Assembly: GCF_964355755.1 (NCBI RefSeq)
Contig: NC_092677.1
Coordinates: 13,352,101 to 13,416,100, forward strand
Length of the DNA: 64,000 nt
Origin: Antedon mediterranea
Lineage: Eukaryota > Animalia > Echinodermata
Direction of reading: 5' to 3'
Part shown: one piece after another, positions 25,367 through 39,100 of the stretch
Position numbering within the stretch: position 1 is the first letter of the stretch
Layout of the letters: each line of letters starts with the position of its first letter
Program-made: the position numbers and the translations under genes
The notes under the pieces: generated by a model
What the model was told of the DNA's origin: nothing
What the model saw: only the letters and a program-made list of their open reading frames with translations
The model's database searches: none

Positions 25367-28300
25367 ATGCCGCGAGGAAGACCGCCTAAATTGAAGATTC
25401 GTATTGACGGTTTATCAGGTAGGAATTGTTAAGTGTTTGGTGGGTAATTTATTACTTATTATCTGCAATTAATCAGTCCGCTTTTCGCTGTTTTGCTTCC
25501 ACCATGTAGTTCCGTATCGTCAACTCTGTTTTTTGTGAGTAAATCAGCTACTCCTTGAGCGGAATAATACATCAATTTTCACTTTACTCAAATCGTTGGC
25601 GGCGAAATTTGAGGAACTTTCTTGTAATTATATTATCCCTAAATATTTACTTGTATTTATCGTCAATTATGGTTACAAATTAAACGAAAAATCTCTTATT
25701 TTCAATCATAGTTTATTACAAACGAAGACCGCCCAAAAGCCTTTGTCAGCCTAGGCTATTGCGTTTCTATGTCTAGGCCAATCAATGCAAAGGTTCAATG
25801 ATTAATGAAGGGAGGAGGGCCTTTCCCCGCCGGGGAGGTTATGTACCTTCCTACCTTTTGTAAACCTAGGCCTCTTGCCGACAGTCATGACATTATTCTA
25901 ATGGCATAATGTTTAGATTAAAAAGAGTTAATCAAACTCAATTTCCTAAACAAAATTTAGGCCTAGGCCTACACAATATTAATATTATGCTAATAAAACA
26001 TTAATTACAAACAGTACAACAATAATTATTAGCCTGAATAAATGAAAGAAGGGCTTTCTCTTCTAAATAAGTGTTTCTTTTAAAATTGTAGTCTATTTTT
26101 GTGACTTTGTGCTACTATGCTTTTGAGAGCGGTGGTGGTATGGCGTAGAGTTAAAGCTTGTTTCCTAGGAAACTACGCAAGGACAAAGCTCAATGCAAGT
26201 AATATAATAGCCTACAGAATGTCCGAGATAACTCTAAGTCTAATATGAAACCGCACAATTATCATTGCCCTAAAATTATGAAAACAGAGAAATCTCCAGA
26301 ATAAATGGACAAATCAATTACCCACACACCACAAAGCAGGCTGTTCAAAACCCTATGATGAGTGTCAAACGACCAAGATTACTAAACTTAATTCTAGATA
26401 GTTTGAGAACTGAAATAATTCATTTGATTTTATTGGAATTTAATGTCATATTTGTTTATATTTTGTATAGGAATCGGTATTGAAAACAATGCTCCTACTT
26501 CTCCAGGCACTGGTCCTTACAAATGTGAGAAGTGTGGTGAGCAATTTAAGAAATTTGCACAGGTTAAACGACATGAACGAAAGCATGATTATGAGAAACC
26601 ATACAAGTGTGAATCATGTTCGGAATCGTTTAACAAAGAGTACAACTTGATGTTACATAAAGCTTTACATGATCTGGATACTCCGCAATGTCCAGATTGC
26701 CAGAAGAAGTTCTCAAGAGTTGCGAGTCTGAAAGCTCACCTTCTGATTCATGAAGAGGATGAGTGTATTGATTGTCAGGATTGTGGAGAAGAATTTGCAT
26801 TCCAGGTAAGTTTTTATCCAGGTGGATTGCTTGAATTTAAAACTAAGTCTCAAAGCTTACAGTATTAAGTAATTCCAAAATTGTCTTTTTTTTCAAATAC
26901 ACAACAATAAGCAACTTACTACTGACATACAGGATGCCTCATTTGAGGTTTGAGGAGTATAGTAAAACAAGGCACTAGGTTTTGAATTCTGGACATAGTG
27001 GTCCTTAGGATTTGGATTGAAGTACGCACATACCACCAGCTACTTCACTACACTCCTCATGTTATATTATGTTTTTATTTTCAACACTAGTTCGAACTGG
27101 ATAAACACATTAAAAGCCATGTAGAAAACCTTGGAGATGGAACATCAGCAGATTGTAAGATTTGTGGAGAAGTCTTTGTTTTGTCAACGGACCTGAAAGA
27201 TCATATGATAAAATGTCATTACAAAGCTAAGTTAGTATGATTTTTGCATATCTTACAATAATGTACATTTACTACGTATATTAGTTCTGAAAAGAACTGT
27301 TGAATTCAACAGTTCTTTTCAGAACTAACGTGGTGTACCACAAACTTATATCAACATTTAATTTCGTCATGCAAACCTTCAAACAATATAATGTACATTT
27401 AGTTTCAAATTTAAACTCATATAGCAACCCACCTTCTCTCTCCCATGCCTTTTCTCTCCAAACACATTGTTTAAATCACAGTCTACTGTGCAGGCTTCTT
27501 TGTTGTTGGTTTAATTAGCTTCAATTATCTTGTTGGTCCAGTACTGTACTTCTTTCTTGGGTTAAAATCTATCTGAATGACAGACTAGGTATCTTGAGGT
27601 TCGAGTCCTACCTGAAAATTACATGTAAATATGTTATGGTGTTTATTTAGCATAAAGTATGATATGTCAGAATAGGGCAAACATCAGACCAATTACAGTG
27701 ATCCCTAACTCAAAGTTAATTTTTGTTTCTAGGTCTACTCTTTTAAATGCAAAGTCATATCGTAAACACATCGATCGCTCTGCATTTCAACATGAATGTG
27801 ATCACTGCAGCAAATGTTTCCAGAAACCAAGTCAACTGTTGCGACATCGAAGGATACACACAGGTTGGTTAAATAATATAGTTTACATACATACTGTTCT
27901 GTCTGAAATCACTGATGCATGACCCTTGCTCTAATACAGAGGTTACAGCAATGCTTCTCCTCGATCCTGATACTGTATGACGAATGCTATGCGATCATTG
28001 CATTGGTGTTTATTAACCAATTTTTCATTTGTGTCTCTTGAACCAAATTAGGTGAACGTCCTTACTCTTGTGACCAATGTGACAAGGCATTCAATCAAAA
28101 AGGAGCTCTGCTCATTCATATGACAAAACATACAGGAGAACGACCTCATTGTTGCGACCTTTGCCCTCAAACCTTTTCACAGAAAGGAAATCTCCGAGCT
28201 CATATTGCTAGAGTCCATGAAATTAACCGAGGAATGAACAACACTTACCATTGTGTCCAGTGCACATGTGTGTTCAGGAAGCTAGGGAGTTTAAATGCAC

Positions 28301-31300
28301 ATATGAGCAGAATGCATGGTGCTGAGGGCATGGTAATGGACACAAGTATTGAAGTTCAAGATAGTGAACCAGTTATGTTAGTGCAAAATCAACTTGGCTT
28401 AACTGATGAAGCAGTTGATGATGTCGTTCAGCAGTTAATGAATCTCTCTGAGCAAGTTACTGGAGCTTCCGATGCAACGCAGCAGATTCACCAGATAGCA
28501 ATTAGTAGTAATATTAGCTCGGATATCTTACAAAAGGCTTTAGAAACCAGTGGTCTTATTGAAGCTGCAGAAGCTGAAATCCAGAGTCAGCAGAGTCAAG
28601 AGGGAGAGGAAGGAACCTCTATTGTGCCATTCCAAGGAAGTCAAGATGTCATTCAAGGTGTCCAGCAAGTAGCTCAGTCTGTTGCAATTCTTCTGAAGAA
28701 ACAGCAAGTTAAAAGATGTGTAGTTCCTAGATATCATTATTGTAATTATTGTCAGAAGTCCTTCAAGAAACCAAGTGATCTTCAAAGACATATACGAATA
28801 CACACACGAGAAAAGCCTTACAAATGTACTGTGTGTGAAAGAGCATTTACAGTAAAGAGCACTTTAACTGCTCATATGCGCACTCACACAGGCGTAAAGG
28901 AATACAAATGTCATGTTTGCAATAAATGCTTCACAACCCATGGCAGCATGAAAGTTCATTTACGTCTTCATACTGGAGCTAAGCCTTTTGGTTGTCCATA
29001 TTGTGATAAAAAGTTTAGGACTTCAGGTCACAGAAAAACTCACATTTCTTCACATTACAACAATACAACTATACGACGTCCAAGAAGAATTCAAAGGCCT
29101 AAACCTTCTGTGGATCTTCCAGATGTTACACTTCAAGAACCAATCTTGATCACTGATAATGGTCTAATACAACAACCACCACGTAGTTCAATCAACCAGT
29201 TTTTAACAACTGATCTTCAACAGATTGGTGGTGTTGATCGACCATATAAGTGTGGGCACTGCGAACGAGCCTTCAAGAAATCTAGTCATCTTAAACAGCA
29301 TACGCGGTCCCACACTGGTGAAAAGCCATTTAAATGTGGAGAATGCAGTAAATGTTTTGTGTCTACTGGTGTACTAAAAGCCCATATGAGGACTCATACT
29401 GGAGTTAAGAACCACCAGTGCAATATGTGCCAAGGTCTGTTCACTACTAGTGGAAGCTTGAAAAGGCATATGTCCACACACAGTGAACTACGACCATTCA
29501 TGTGTCCTTACTGTCAGAAAACATTCAAAACCTCGGTCAATTGTAAGAAGCACATGAAGACACACAAAAGAGAGCTTGCAATGCAGCAACTTCAGCAGGA
29601 ACAGCAAGGGCAAGATCAAGTCAGTCAACAGCAACAAGATGCTAGCCTTGCTGAATTGGAAGAGCAGACTACAGCCATCTTGGAGCAACTTGGTCAGGCA
29701 CAGACTCTGGGACCTCCTACCAGTTTATCTGATCAAACAGGTGGACAAAACACAGTTGTGCCAGAAACATTGACAGAATCAGCCAATATGCTTCAGGAAG
29801 GATTGTCTCAAGAAACCTTAACTCAAGCAGCATTGGGTGCTCGAAATCTAACGCAAGTATCACTTACGCAACAGACATTGAATGCCATTGCCAACCAACA
29901 AGTGATGGCTGCTAATCAACAAGCTCTTTCTCAGGAACAGCAGATTAGTCTACAAACCCAACAGATTCAACAGCAATTAGAAGCCATTACTGGGCAGCGG
30001 TCATCAATTTTACAGCAACAGTCAAATAATAACTCTGCAATACAAGCCATTATGTTAAATAATATGCTGCAACCCCAACTCCAAATTCAAACTGAGGCTG
30101 ATAATGATAAAAGGACTTACTTATGCTCATACTGTTCAAAAGGATTTAAAAAGTCCAGCCACTTAAAACAGCATGTTCGTTCGCATACAGGTGAAAAGCC
30201 ATTTCCTTGCAGACAGTGTGGAAGAGCTTTTGTCACTTCTGGTGTACTTAAATCCCATTTACGCACTCATTCTGGTGTTAAGAACTTTCGGTGTAATATC
30301 TGTCAAGCAGCATTCTCAACCAACGGCTCTTTACACAGACATATGGTAGTTCATAGCTCTGAGAGACCATACAAATGTAATCAATGCAACCAGACATTTC
30401 GTACTAGACTTCTTCTTAAACGACATGAACAAACACATTTAAAAGAACAGACAAAGGTTGCAAAGAAAGTAAAAGATGTATTGCAGCTAACGAATGAACA
30501 AGCTATGCATCTAGTTAATTCATCGCCAACCAAGGGTCTGTCTGTGTCCGAAAAAATCCTTATTCAGTCAGCTGCTGAAAAGGGTCGTATCAGTGAAATT
30601 AAAGATAAAATAGAAGAACTCAAAAGAGCACCTAGACACAAAAATCAATGTACTAAATGTCCAAAGAGCTTCAAGAAACCAAGTGATCTGGTGCGTCACC
30701 AGAGAATTCATACAGGTGAAAAGCCATTCAAATGTGATAAATGCGATAAAGCTTTTGCTGTTAAATCAACTCTAGACTGTCATATGCGTGTTCATAATGG
30801 CTCCAAGCAGTTCACTTGCCACATGTGCAAATCACAATTTGCTACAAAGGGGAGCTTGAAAGTTCACATGCGATTACATACAGGAGCAAAACCATTTAAA
30901 TGCCCATATTGTGGTGAGTGTTTCCGTACATCAGGATCTAGAAAGATGCACATACATCAACACATGAAACCTGATGCTCCGCCAAAGAAGCAACGTAAGC
31001 AGCCACAGGCTAAACCAGCCACTGAGATTGAAGAAAATGAAGAGAATATCCCATCACTATCCACTACCATGACATCTGAAGCAAACCCAACAGTTTGTCA
31101 AGTGCAGACAACATCTGGTAACATTGATCAAACAAATCTACAACCAGCATTTCCGCAAGGTATTCTCCCTATTACATTGTCAGGAGGTGAATATGCACAA
31201 TTTAGTGATGGTTCAATTGCGACTGTGTTAACTCAAGGATTAGAAGGCATGCAGCTACAGTTGAACACTACCAATATTGGACAAGGACTGCAGATTTCTG

Positions 31301-33398
31301 GCCTGGATTCTAACATTACCGTTCAGATTGATCCAAACATTCTGCAACAACTTCAACAAGCTGTATTAAATCCTGTCGCTCTTCAAACTGAATTGGGAAC
31401 AATCCAGACAAGTTCAGAGAATGCTTTATCTCATGGAGCAGTGATCCAGAACATGGAGATACAACCTAATTTCTTAGTCCAACTTGATGGAAACTCTCTT
31501 CAACAACTTCAAATACAGCAGTCGGCAGATGCAGGCAGATTGCAAGTAGTTGATAATGTAGCCAACTCTGGGGATACTATTCGTGTTGTACAGACCGATT
31601 CTGGTTTCACTGCTGTACCATCTATGCTTTCACAAACACAGGTTACAGAATCAAGTGCACAAAATATATCTGATGATAGTAGCATTGGTAAAGTGCAGAG
31701 TGGTTCACAATCAGTAACAAATCCACAAATGTCAGGACACATAGTACAAGAACATTCTCAGATATTTCTTCAAGCACAAGAGACCCTTCCGCATGATGCT
31801 CAGTCTTTGCTACCTCAAACATCTTATGAAAACATTCAACTGGCACAATCTACAGAGTCATCGGCGATGCCTCTTGCAGGTTCTATTTCGTCATCACAGA
31901 ACGAAACAACCAATAGTATACAACTTTCTCTAGAAAGTGGAGAAACCCTTACACTACCACAGGCCATTCTTTTCCAACAGGAGTTGTTACCACAGGCAAA
32001 CCCAAATGATGGTAATGCAAGTTCTACTCAACATGCAACTTTTTCAGATACATCTATGGATGTACCTGGATTAGATGAAGAAATGGTTGAACCAACAGAA
32101 CCTAGTGGTGATTTACTTGGAGAGAATCTTGCAGATGATAGTCAAGGTGTAGACAAAGATCATGAAAATGCATCAACAAGCAGTGCTCTCTCAGCTGCAG
32201 CATCAATTGGTTCAATTTACCCTTGCACTGAACCTGAATGTAAATCTGTAAGTTTATCACATTTAACTACTACTAACCCACCTGGTAATAAATCCAACAC
32301 CTCATTCATTTTCAAAATTATCTACAGTATGTGGATGTATATACAAAATAGTACAAAAATGTGAAAATATATTATATTTGTTTATGTTGACAACTAGGTG
32401 TTTACACAAATGAACCAATTAAGAAGACATCAACGTGAAGCGCATGAAGAAATACGTCCTCATGTGTGCAGTACGTGTTCCAAGGCATTCAAACGACCAG
32501 GCCATCTGAAGGAGCACATGGCCACTCACCAACCAGGCCCATCACCCAATAAGAATAAGCCCACCCCACATGTGTGCTCAGAGTGTGCTAAAGCATTTGC
32601 TAAGCCTAGTCAGCTGGAAAGACACAGGCGTATACACACAGGTAAGAAGATGCGGTAATTGTGGAAACAATTTTAGCTACTGTATGGTGCGCAAAATGAG
32701 CAATAGCATGCAAGATAATGGATATTTAATCTTCTCATTTGTTTCTTCAATTTAATAGGTGAACGTCCATTCAAGTGTCCACAGTGTGATAAAGCCTTTA
32801 ACCAGAAAAATGGTCTCCTGATACACATGAACACCCACACAGGTGAACGACCTTTTAAGTGTCCTTACTGCGATCACATGTTTTCACAACGAGGTAAGTT
32901 GAACTAGTTATTGAGCATCACATTATTATACAGTTTCAACAAGCATTTTTTTGCTCACAAACAGCTTCATGTTTTTGTTTTCGGAATTGATTGAAAAACT
33001 GTATCCTTGAGCTTGTCTTGTAGTGGAACTGGCTTGGCTTCCAATCCATGTGTCGGGCTTGGAATTATTTCGATTCCACTTATTATTATAAAATAAAATT
33101 ATAGTTTATGGTTTCTCGCTATTTGATGAATATGAATTTTTTTTTTTTTAAAATACAGTATATAGTAATGTATGCATGCTTTATATTTGTAGGAAATTTG
33201 AAAACTCATCTTCTTCGCAACCACCAAGATAAGATGATACCCGGTACAAGCCTCATCCAAGATGGAGTAGGCGGCTCATTTGACCTGAGTGATGTCATTG
33301 AGTCATTTGATGACCCAACAACAAAAACCATCGATGAGGTTGATAATGTTACGGAGGGGTTAGATCTTGAAAGAACTATGAACTTCTTTGTTGACTAA
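25367..33398 (+). CDS. ZNF236: Zinc finger protein 236 orthologue (multi-cluster C2H2 zinc finger protein, ~1812 aa)
   Basis: Hand-spliced join(25367..25418,26471..26805,27091..27230,27733..27863,28052..32247,32398..32641,32759..32893,33193..33398). All introns GT-AG, phases consistent, 5439 nt. Clusters of C2H2 fingers with TGEKP linkers are separated by Q-rich spacers. Motifs such as [44 protein letters not shown] and [14 protein letters not shown] are recognisable as ZNF236. Confidence 0.9.
26952..27058. mobile_element. Small MITE-like element in ZNF236 intron 2
   Basis: GAGGAGTATAGT...ACTACACTCCTC imperfect terminal inverted repeats. Confidence 0.4.
27272..27360. mobile_element. Inverted junction of Penelope-like repeat fragments forming a perfect 48-bp palindrome (27281-27328)
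   Basis: TTAGTTCTGAAAAGAACTGTTGAATTCAACAGTTCTTTTCAGAACTAA is self-complementary. The arms and right flank match the hammerhead-bearing repeat at 46145-46205. Confidence 0.7.
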
Positions 33399-34557
33399 CA
33401 CAAAACAATTAAAATATGGAAATATTTGTTAAAAATACACACAAAAAAATATTTATTTGTATTTAAAATTACTGTATATGGAAAAATGTTTGTTTTTATC
33501 TGTATTTGTATTAAAAATAACTGGCTTGAAACTATTTTAAGAATTTTGTTAAAAAACTGAATTGAATTTTGTTCTATGACCACCACTACCTTGAATAATA
33601 ATTTGTTAGCAAGTTACTTGAGCTGTTAGTTTCATTTTTTTAATTATTTAAAATATTTACTACTGTCATGATATAAATTACACCCAATTTTTTATTATAT
33701 ATATGTATAATGTAATATGGATGAATTCATTCATCATTCAATCAACTACTACAGTGATGTGATGTTATTTGGGGAATAAATAGGTATTATTTGGCATGTA
33801 ATAATAAACAACAGCTTCATTCATTTTTACAAATTTTACAAATCACAAATTCAGTGCATAAGTTAATATTTGCAAAGATGAAGTATGTGAAAACTTGTTC
33901 ACTAAAGATATTTTTGAGAGAAAAATATCAAAATTTTTGTTGTAGAACTTCAACCAGTTTAAAATAAAATATTACAATTACCACGAATTACAATTGAAAT
34001 GTTGATTTATTGTTTTCTTCAATGTTTATATACAAAAAATGTTTCACAATAGACGTCAGAAAAAATACATCAAATTATATAAGATCAAATTAAACTTACC
34101 AATTTTTTACAAAGCAATGAATGAAAACGGAATATAAAAAATGCAGTTTAGAAAATATTTGTATTAAAAAAATATTGATAAATTTGGAGAAAAAAAGAAT
34201 ATTTGGATTGCTTATATTAAAGAATATACAAACAATGAAAACAAAAATTTGAAATTGGTTGCCAGAAATGTATTATCTATCAATGATGATATAATTACAC
34301 TGGTATTTTGAAAAAGTTGACACCTCAAGAACAGAAATTATAAAGAAACTTCCTAATAGTCACAACACATTTTGAGCTTTTGACTATAATATTAGGGTTT
34401 ACAATCTAGCCATCAGCGGTTTTGGAAATTATAAAATAATTACAACAAAACAAGTATATAAAAATGTGTTTTCCTTATGCATAGTATGGCAGTTTGAAAT
34501 GTCATATGCAGTGTTAAAGGGGACGAAACGGAATGAAGATAGTAGGAAAGAGCAAGA

Positions 34558-34785
34558 AAATAGTGTGAAAGGGACAAAGCTAGTGTGAAAAGAGATGAAA
34601 CTAGTGTGAAAGGGGACGAAACTAGTATGAAAAGGGATGAAGCTAGTGTGAATGGTGGATGAAGCTAGTGTGAAAGGGGATGAAGCTAGTGTGAAAGGGA
34701 ACGAAGCTAGTTTGAAAAGGGAACGAAGCTAGTTTGAAAAGGGATGAAGCTAGTGTGAAAGGGGACAAAGCTCAGTGTGAAAGAG
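34558..34785 (+). repeat. ~20-bp minisatellite (GAAGCTAGTGTGAAAGGGGAT)
   Basis: About 11 imperfect units read directly. Confidence 0.9.
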
Positions 34786-35119
34786 GGGAGGTTGTATTAG
34801 ATAGAGGTGGAAAAAGAAAACAAAAATAAACATAAGAAATATATAGGGTATATACTAGATAACATAATTTTATATACATAATCATTTTACAAGGTCAGTG
34901 TTACGGTATTTAAATAAGTCTCCCATTTACAGTAGCAATATATACTCTATATAATGCGATTTCATTTTTTTTTCCAATGATTTTTTAATGTTAAATTATC
35001 CAAGATATTCTATTTAAAAAGACCACTATTCAGTTACAAATAAAATAATATTTTAGACATACAAAACATGTACACTTGTCTTTTACACATTTGAATAAGC
35101 ACTACGAAGTTGGGAATGT

Positions 35120-35385
35120 GTGGCTTACCTGAAGATATGTTGCTGACCTGGGGATGCATTGCTGACCTGGGAATATGTTGCTCACCTAAGGGATGTGTTG
35201 CTGGACTGGGGATATGTTACTGACCTGGGGATGTGTTGCTGACCTGGGGATGCGTTGCTGACCTGGGAATATATTGCTTACCTGGGGATATGTTGCTCAC
35301 CTAAGGGATGTGTTGCTGGACTGGGGATATGCTGCTGACCTGGGGATAAGTTGCTCACCAGGGATGTAATATGGCACCTGGGAAT
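35120..35385 (-). repeat. 19-bp minisatellite, same family as 6314-6420 in opposite orientation
   Basis: GATGTGTTGCTGACCTGGG units are the reverse complement of the 6314 unit. Confidence 0.9.
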
Positions 35386-36122
35386 TACTATTACAGTACA
35401 GGGGTATTATGTTTACTGATGATGAATTGGATCTTAACGCTTATATGTAATGCAGATGTTTGTGCTGTAATAGTGACAAATTAATTAAATTAATTAATTG
35501 AATATTAGTACAAACGTGTAACAGACGTCAAGGTGCATGCATAACTATACTCTTGCAACTACATTAAATTATATCATAAATAGTGTTTTAGTGCCAATCT
35601 TTATAATTCTACAAATGTAAACTATATTATAAAACAATTTTGCAAACTTGTTATACCTAATATTGTGATGTGAAATGTTCAACTTTTAGAAATAAATATG
35701 GAAAATGCTTTTATTTACCAAACATTTCCATGTGATTTGGTCCCTTGGAACTTTGTGAATAACGGTCACAAAATTAGAATTTATCATGGAAATCAAAGGC
35801 CATGAAACAGTAATGAGCAGTAATAGTATTACAAAAATCTAAAAACTTTACAGTAATATTACTGATATTATTGCACCAAATAAAAATCAAATATTTATAA
35901 TCTTTAACACCAATTGTGTTGTGTACATATCTAGTAATTATAAAAAAAAACCACTTTGCAGACCTATATATACCTATATACAAAAAATATCATCAAATTT
36001 GGAAGCTTTTCAGACCAAGTAATAATATTCATCATTCCAATTTGGACTGGCAGTTTCTGATTTCAGTCAAATAGATATGTACAAAAAATGATTTTACTTG
36101 GTAAATAAAAAAATCAAAACTC

Positions 36123-39100
36123 TTATTCTTCATCTTGCATACGTCGAAGTGCTGCCTCAAATGCCAACATCCTTCTTTGTCGGACATCTGATTGGTTTGT
36201 GTTGCCTGACGAAGATATTAGTTGTTCACTTGGTTCAACCATGCCATTATTTAAATTACCGTCTTCATTAGGCGATTCTGATTGGAATGAAGAGGTGGTA
36301 GCTGAGGCTGTTTTTTGAGATAAATTCTCATTCGCATGCTTCATTATATAACGCCTAGATGAAAATATAGAAAGCTTGTTAATAAAGGAAATTGTGAAAA
36401 TGTATTGCTTGGTACGGTTTCAACCTGACCACTTTTTTACAGAGGCCTTTGTTTGTTTGTTTTCTTTCTTTCTTTATTTCCATTCACAACAAAAAAACAA
36501 ACATACATAAAGAATCATTACAAAAATGAAAGAAAAACTTGTGAAAACTGGACCACCTTATTTCTTGTGGCTACATCACTGATACTATAATGCACTATTT
36601 TGAGAAACCAGGGATTAATTTCACACTTTATACATAGCTTTATTATTATTTAATAATAATCACGACCATATATAGTATATTGCATCGCTGCAGTGAGAAT
36701 ATTGCCTGGCTGCAGTGAGTGTATTGCATGGCTAGAGCAAGTATATTGCATAGCTGCAGTGAGTATATTGTATTGCTGCAGTTAAGTATATTGCATGGCT
36801 GTAGTGAGTATATTGCATTGCTGCAGTGAATATATTGCATGGCTGCAGTGAGTATATTGCATTTCTGCAGTGAGTATATTGCATAACTGCAGTGAGTATA
36901 TTGCATGGCTGAAGTGAGTATATTGCATGGTTGCAGTGAGTATATTGCATGGCTACAGTGAGTATATTAAATTTGAAGCTTTGGTAGAAGGATTTCATGG
37001 TCATGAAAATGGGTAAAGTTGGATTGAACTTCTGGCAAATTTTTCAAATGCACTATTAATATTATATCACACAATACATTCACTCCTCTTAAAAAGACTA
37101 CAGTACATTTCAATCAATTTAGGTCATATTAAATGTAGTAATAAAGTACTAGTAGTAGCAAAATTGAAAGACATTGAGCACTACAGTAATGCCAAATAGA
37201 AGCATCTCACTTTCTGGCTTTCTGCATCAGTTGTTTTTTTCTTTGGTTTAATATTTCTTCTCGTTCTGATGCATTTTTTGAAAATCTACTTGGCATTGAT
37301 TCAACGCTTGAATATTCTGAAGCTGGTTCTTGCTCTCTAAAAATATGAAATGAAGAAATATTTCATAAATACAAATAATATTGCATTTTAATATATTCTC
37401 TTTCATCAAATACCATACTCCATGAAAAAGATTTTTTCATATCCGAAGACTCACAAATTATTTGTCTTTTCTCTTTAAAATGTTCTTAATGGTACTTTTC
37501 AATTCAGCAGTTCGTTTTTAAATAAATAGTTAAGGGGAACAAAAGATAAAATAATTATATTAGATCATGTTCGTCTAGAATTATAACAAATTATGTACCT
37601 GAGATGCTGTGTCTGCATGGCACTTGCATCTCCAGCTTCCCCTATCCTCTGCTCTCCTTGAACCACATCTTCTTCTTGGCGTGTCTCCACTGTATAACTT
37701 GGGCTCAGATTAGCATGAGGGTTTGTGTTAGCACTGAACTGGACAGGGTTGTGTTGGGGTTGAGCCGGACGAACATCTTGCTCAGGTGGGGGAGTTGGAT
37801 CATCCGGTATGGGTACCGCAGGAATATGGATGCGATGCTCAAGGATATTGTCGATAGTTATTTCCATTGATCGTGTACGTTGTAGGTCTTCTAAGATGAT
37901 TTGAAGGGGAATATTTGGAAACATTTGTTGGACATTGTTCGCCTGGGAAAAAAACACAAACCCATCAAATCTGATCATTACAGTATAAAACCAAAAATAA
38001 ATATTGGCTTCTTTCACCTTGTATATTTAGTATATCAAGGGCATAGGCTGGGTTGGGCATTGGGAAGTGCACTTCTCAGGGAAGTGCAACTGCAGGTTAG
38101 CAAATTACTGGGGGTGGATAAAGGATTTCAGAATACTTTATGAACCTACACTTGGTCAGAAATGTCACACTTACACTAAACATATCAGTACTGCTACTAT
38201 ATTTAGACAGTTAAAAATAGCATTGATCTATAAAGTCAATGGCAACACTTTGGTTAGCCAGTGTTTTAAGTGTTCTGGTATTTATTGAATTTCTAATTGT
38301 AACAAAGTGAATAATGATGAATGAAAAATGAATAAATATATCATATGTTATAATAATTATACTATAAACTAGAATTTAATTCGTCACTTTGACGAATTAT
38401 AGGTGATCATTTTTATTATTTTAATGAAATTAACATTTTTTAAACATGCACGTACGTTAACATACGATCGTAAAAAGTTGATGTACGCCATCCTATGACA
38501 TGTTGCATATACACTTATAGCACTAAGTTGTACCTATTATGTTTCATATACAATATGTACAGTATATACTGTATATCTATATACAGTGTAGCATAGGTGA
38601 AATTACGGGACCCACATCGTGTTCTAAATTGTTGGTATGATGGAATTATCAAAATAAACTCAAAGATAAAAATTTCGAAAAATAATGAATTGAGCAAATA
38701 AAATATAAGGATTGGAAGAGAATTTGACACGTAGAAGCGCAATGCGCGCTCTTTGAAATTTGTATAACTTCAACTAAAGAAATTTAAAAACTACTTTTTA
38801 ACTTCAACTGGCCATAAGATAACGTCACAACATCCGATAGGCTTAATTTTTATATGAATTCATATCTACATTTTATCAGCTTTCATAATAAGTTATAATC
38901 TTCAAGGTCACCTTTAATTCTGAAGAGCTGTAAGATATTCAAATGTATGGTGTAGCTGAAAATACACGACCTAGGTTATTCAAGTTTTTACGCATGATAA
39001 CGTCATCAAAATGAAAATATTGACAACTCATGAGAAAGATAATTAATTGAGCAAGCACATACTAAAAGTTGAGCGAAAATTGGGTTCAAATAACGGAGAT

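Noticed and set aside
32248-32364. C-terminal tail of the 1414-aa ORF (VSLSHLTTT...STKM)
   Set aside because: Read-through into an intron; the GTAAGT donor at 32248 splices to 32398 and completes a C2H2 finger.
36646-37004. ORFs with MQYTHC repeats
   Set aside because: Translations of the 22-bp intronic minisatellite.
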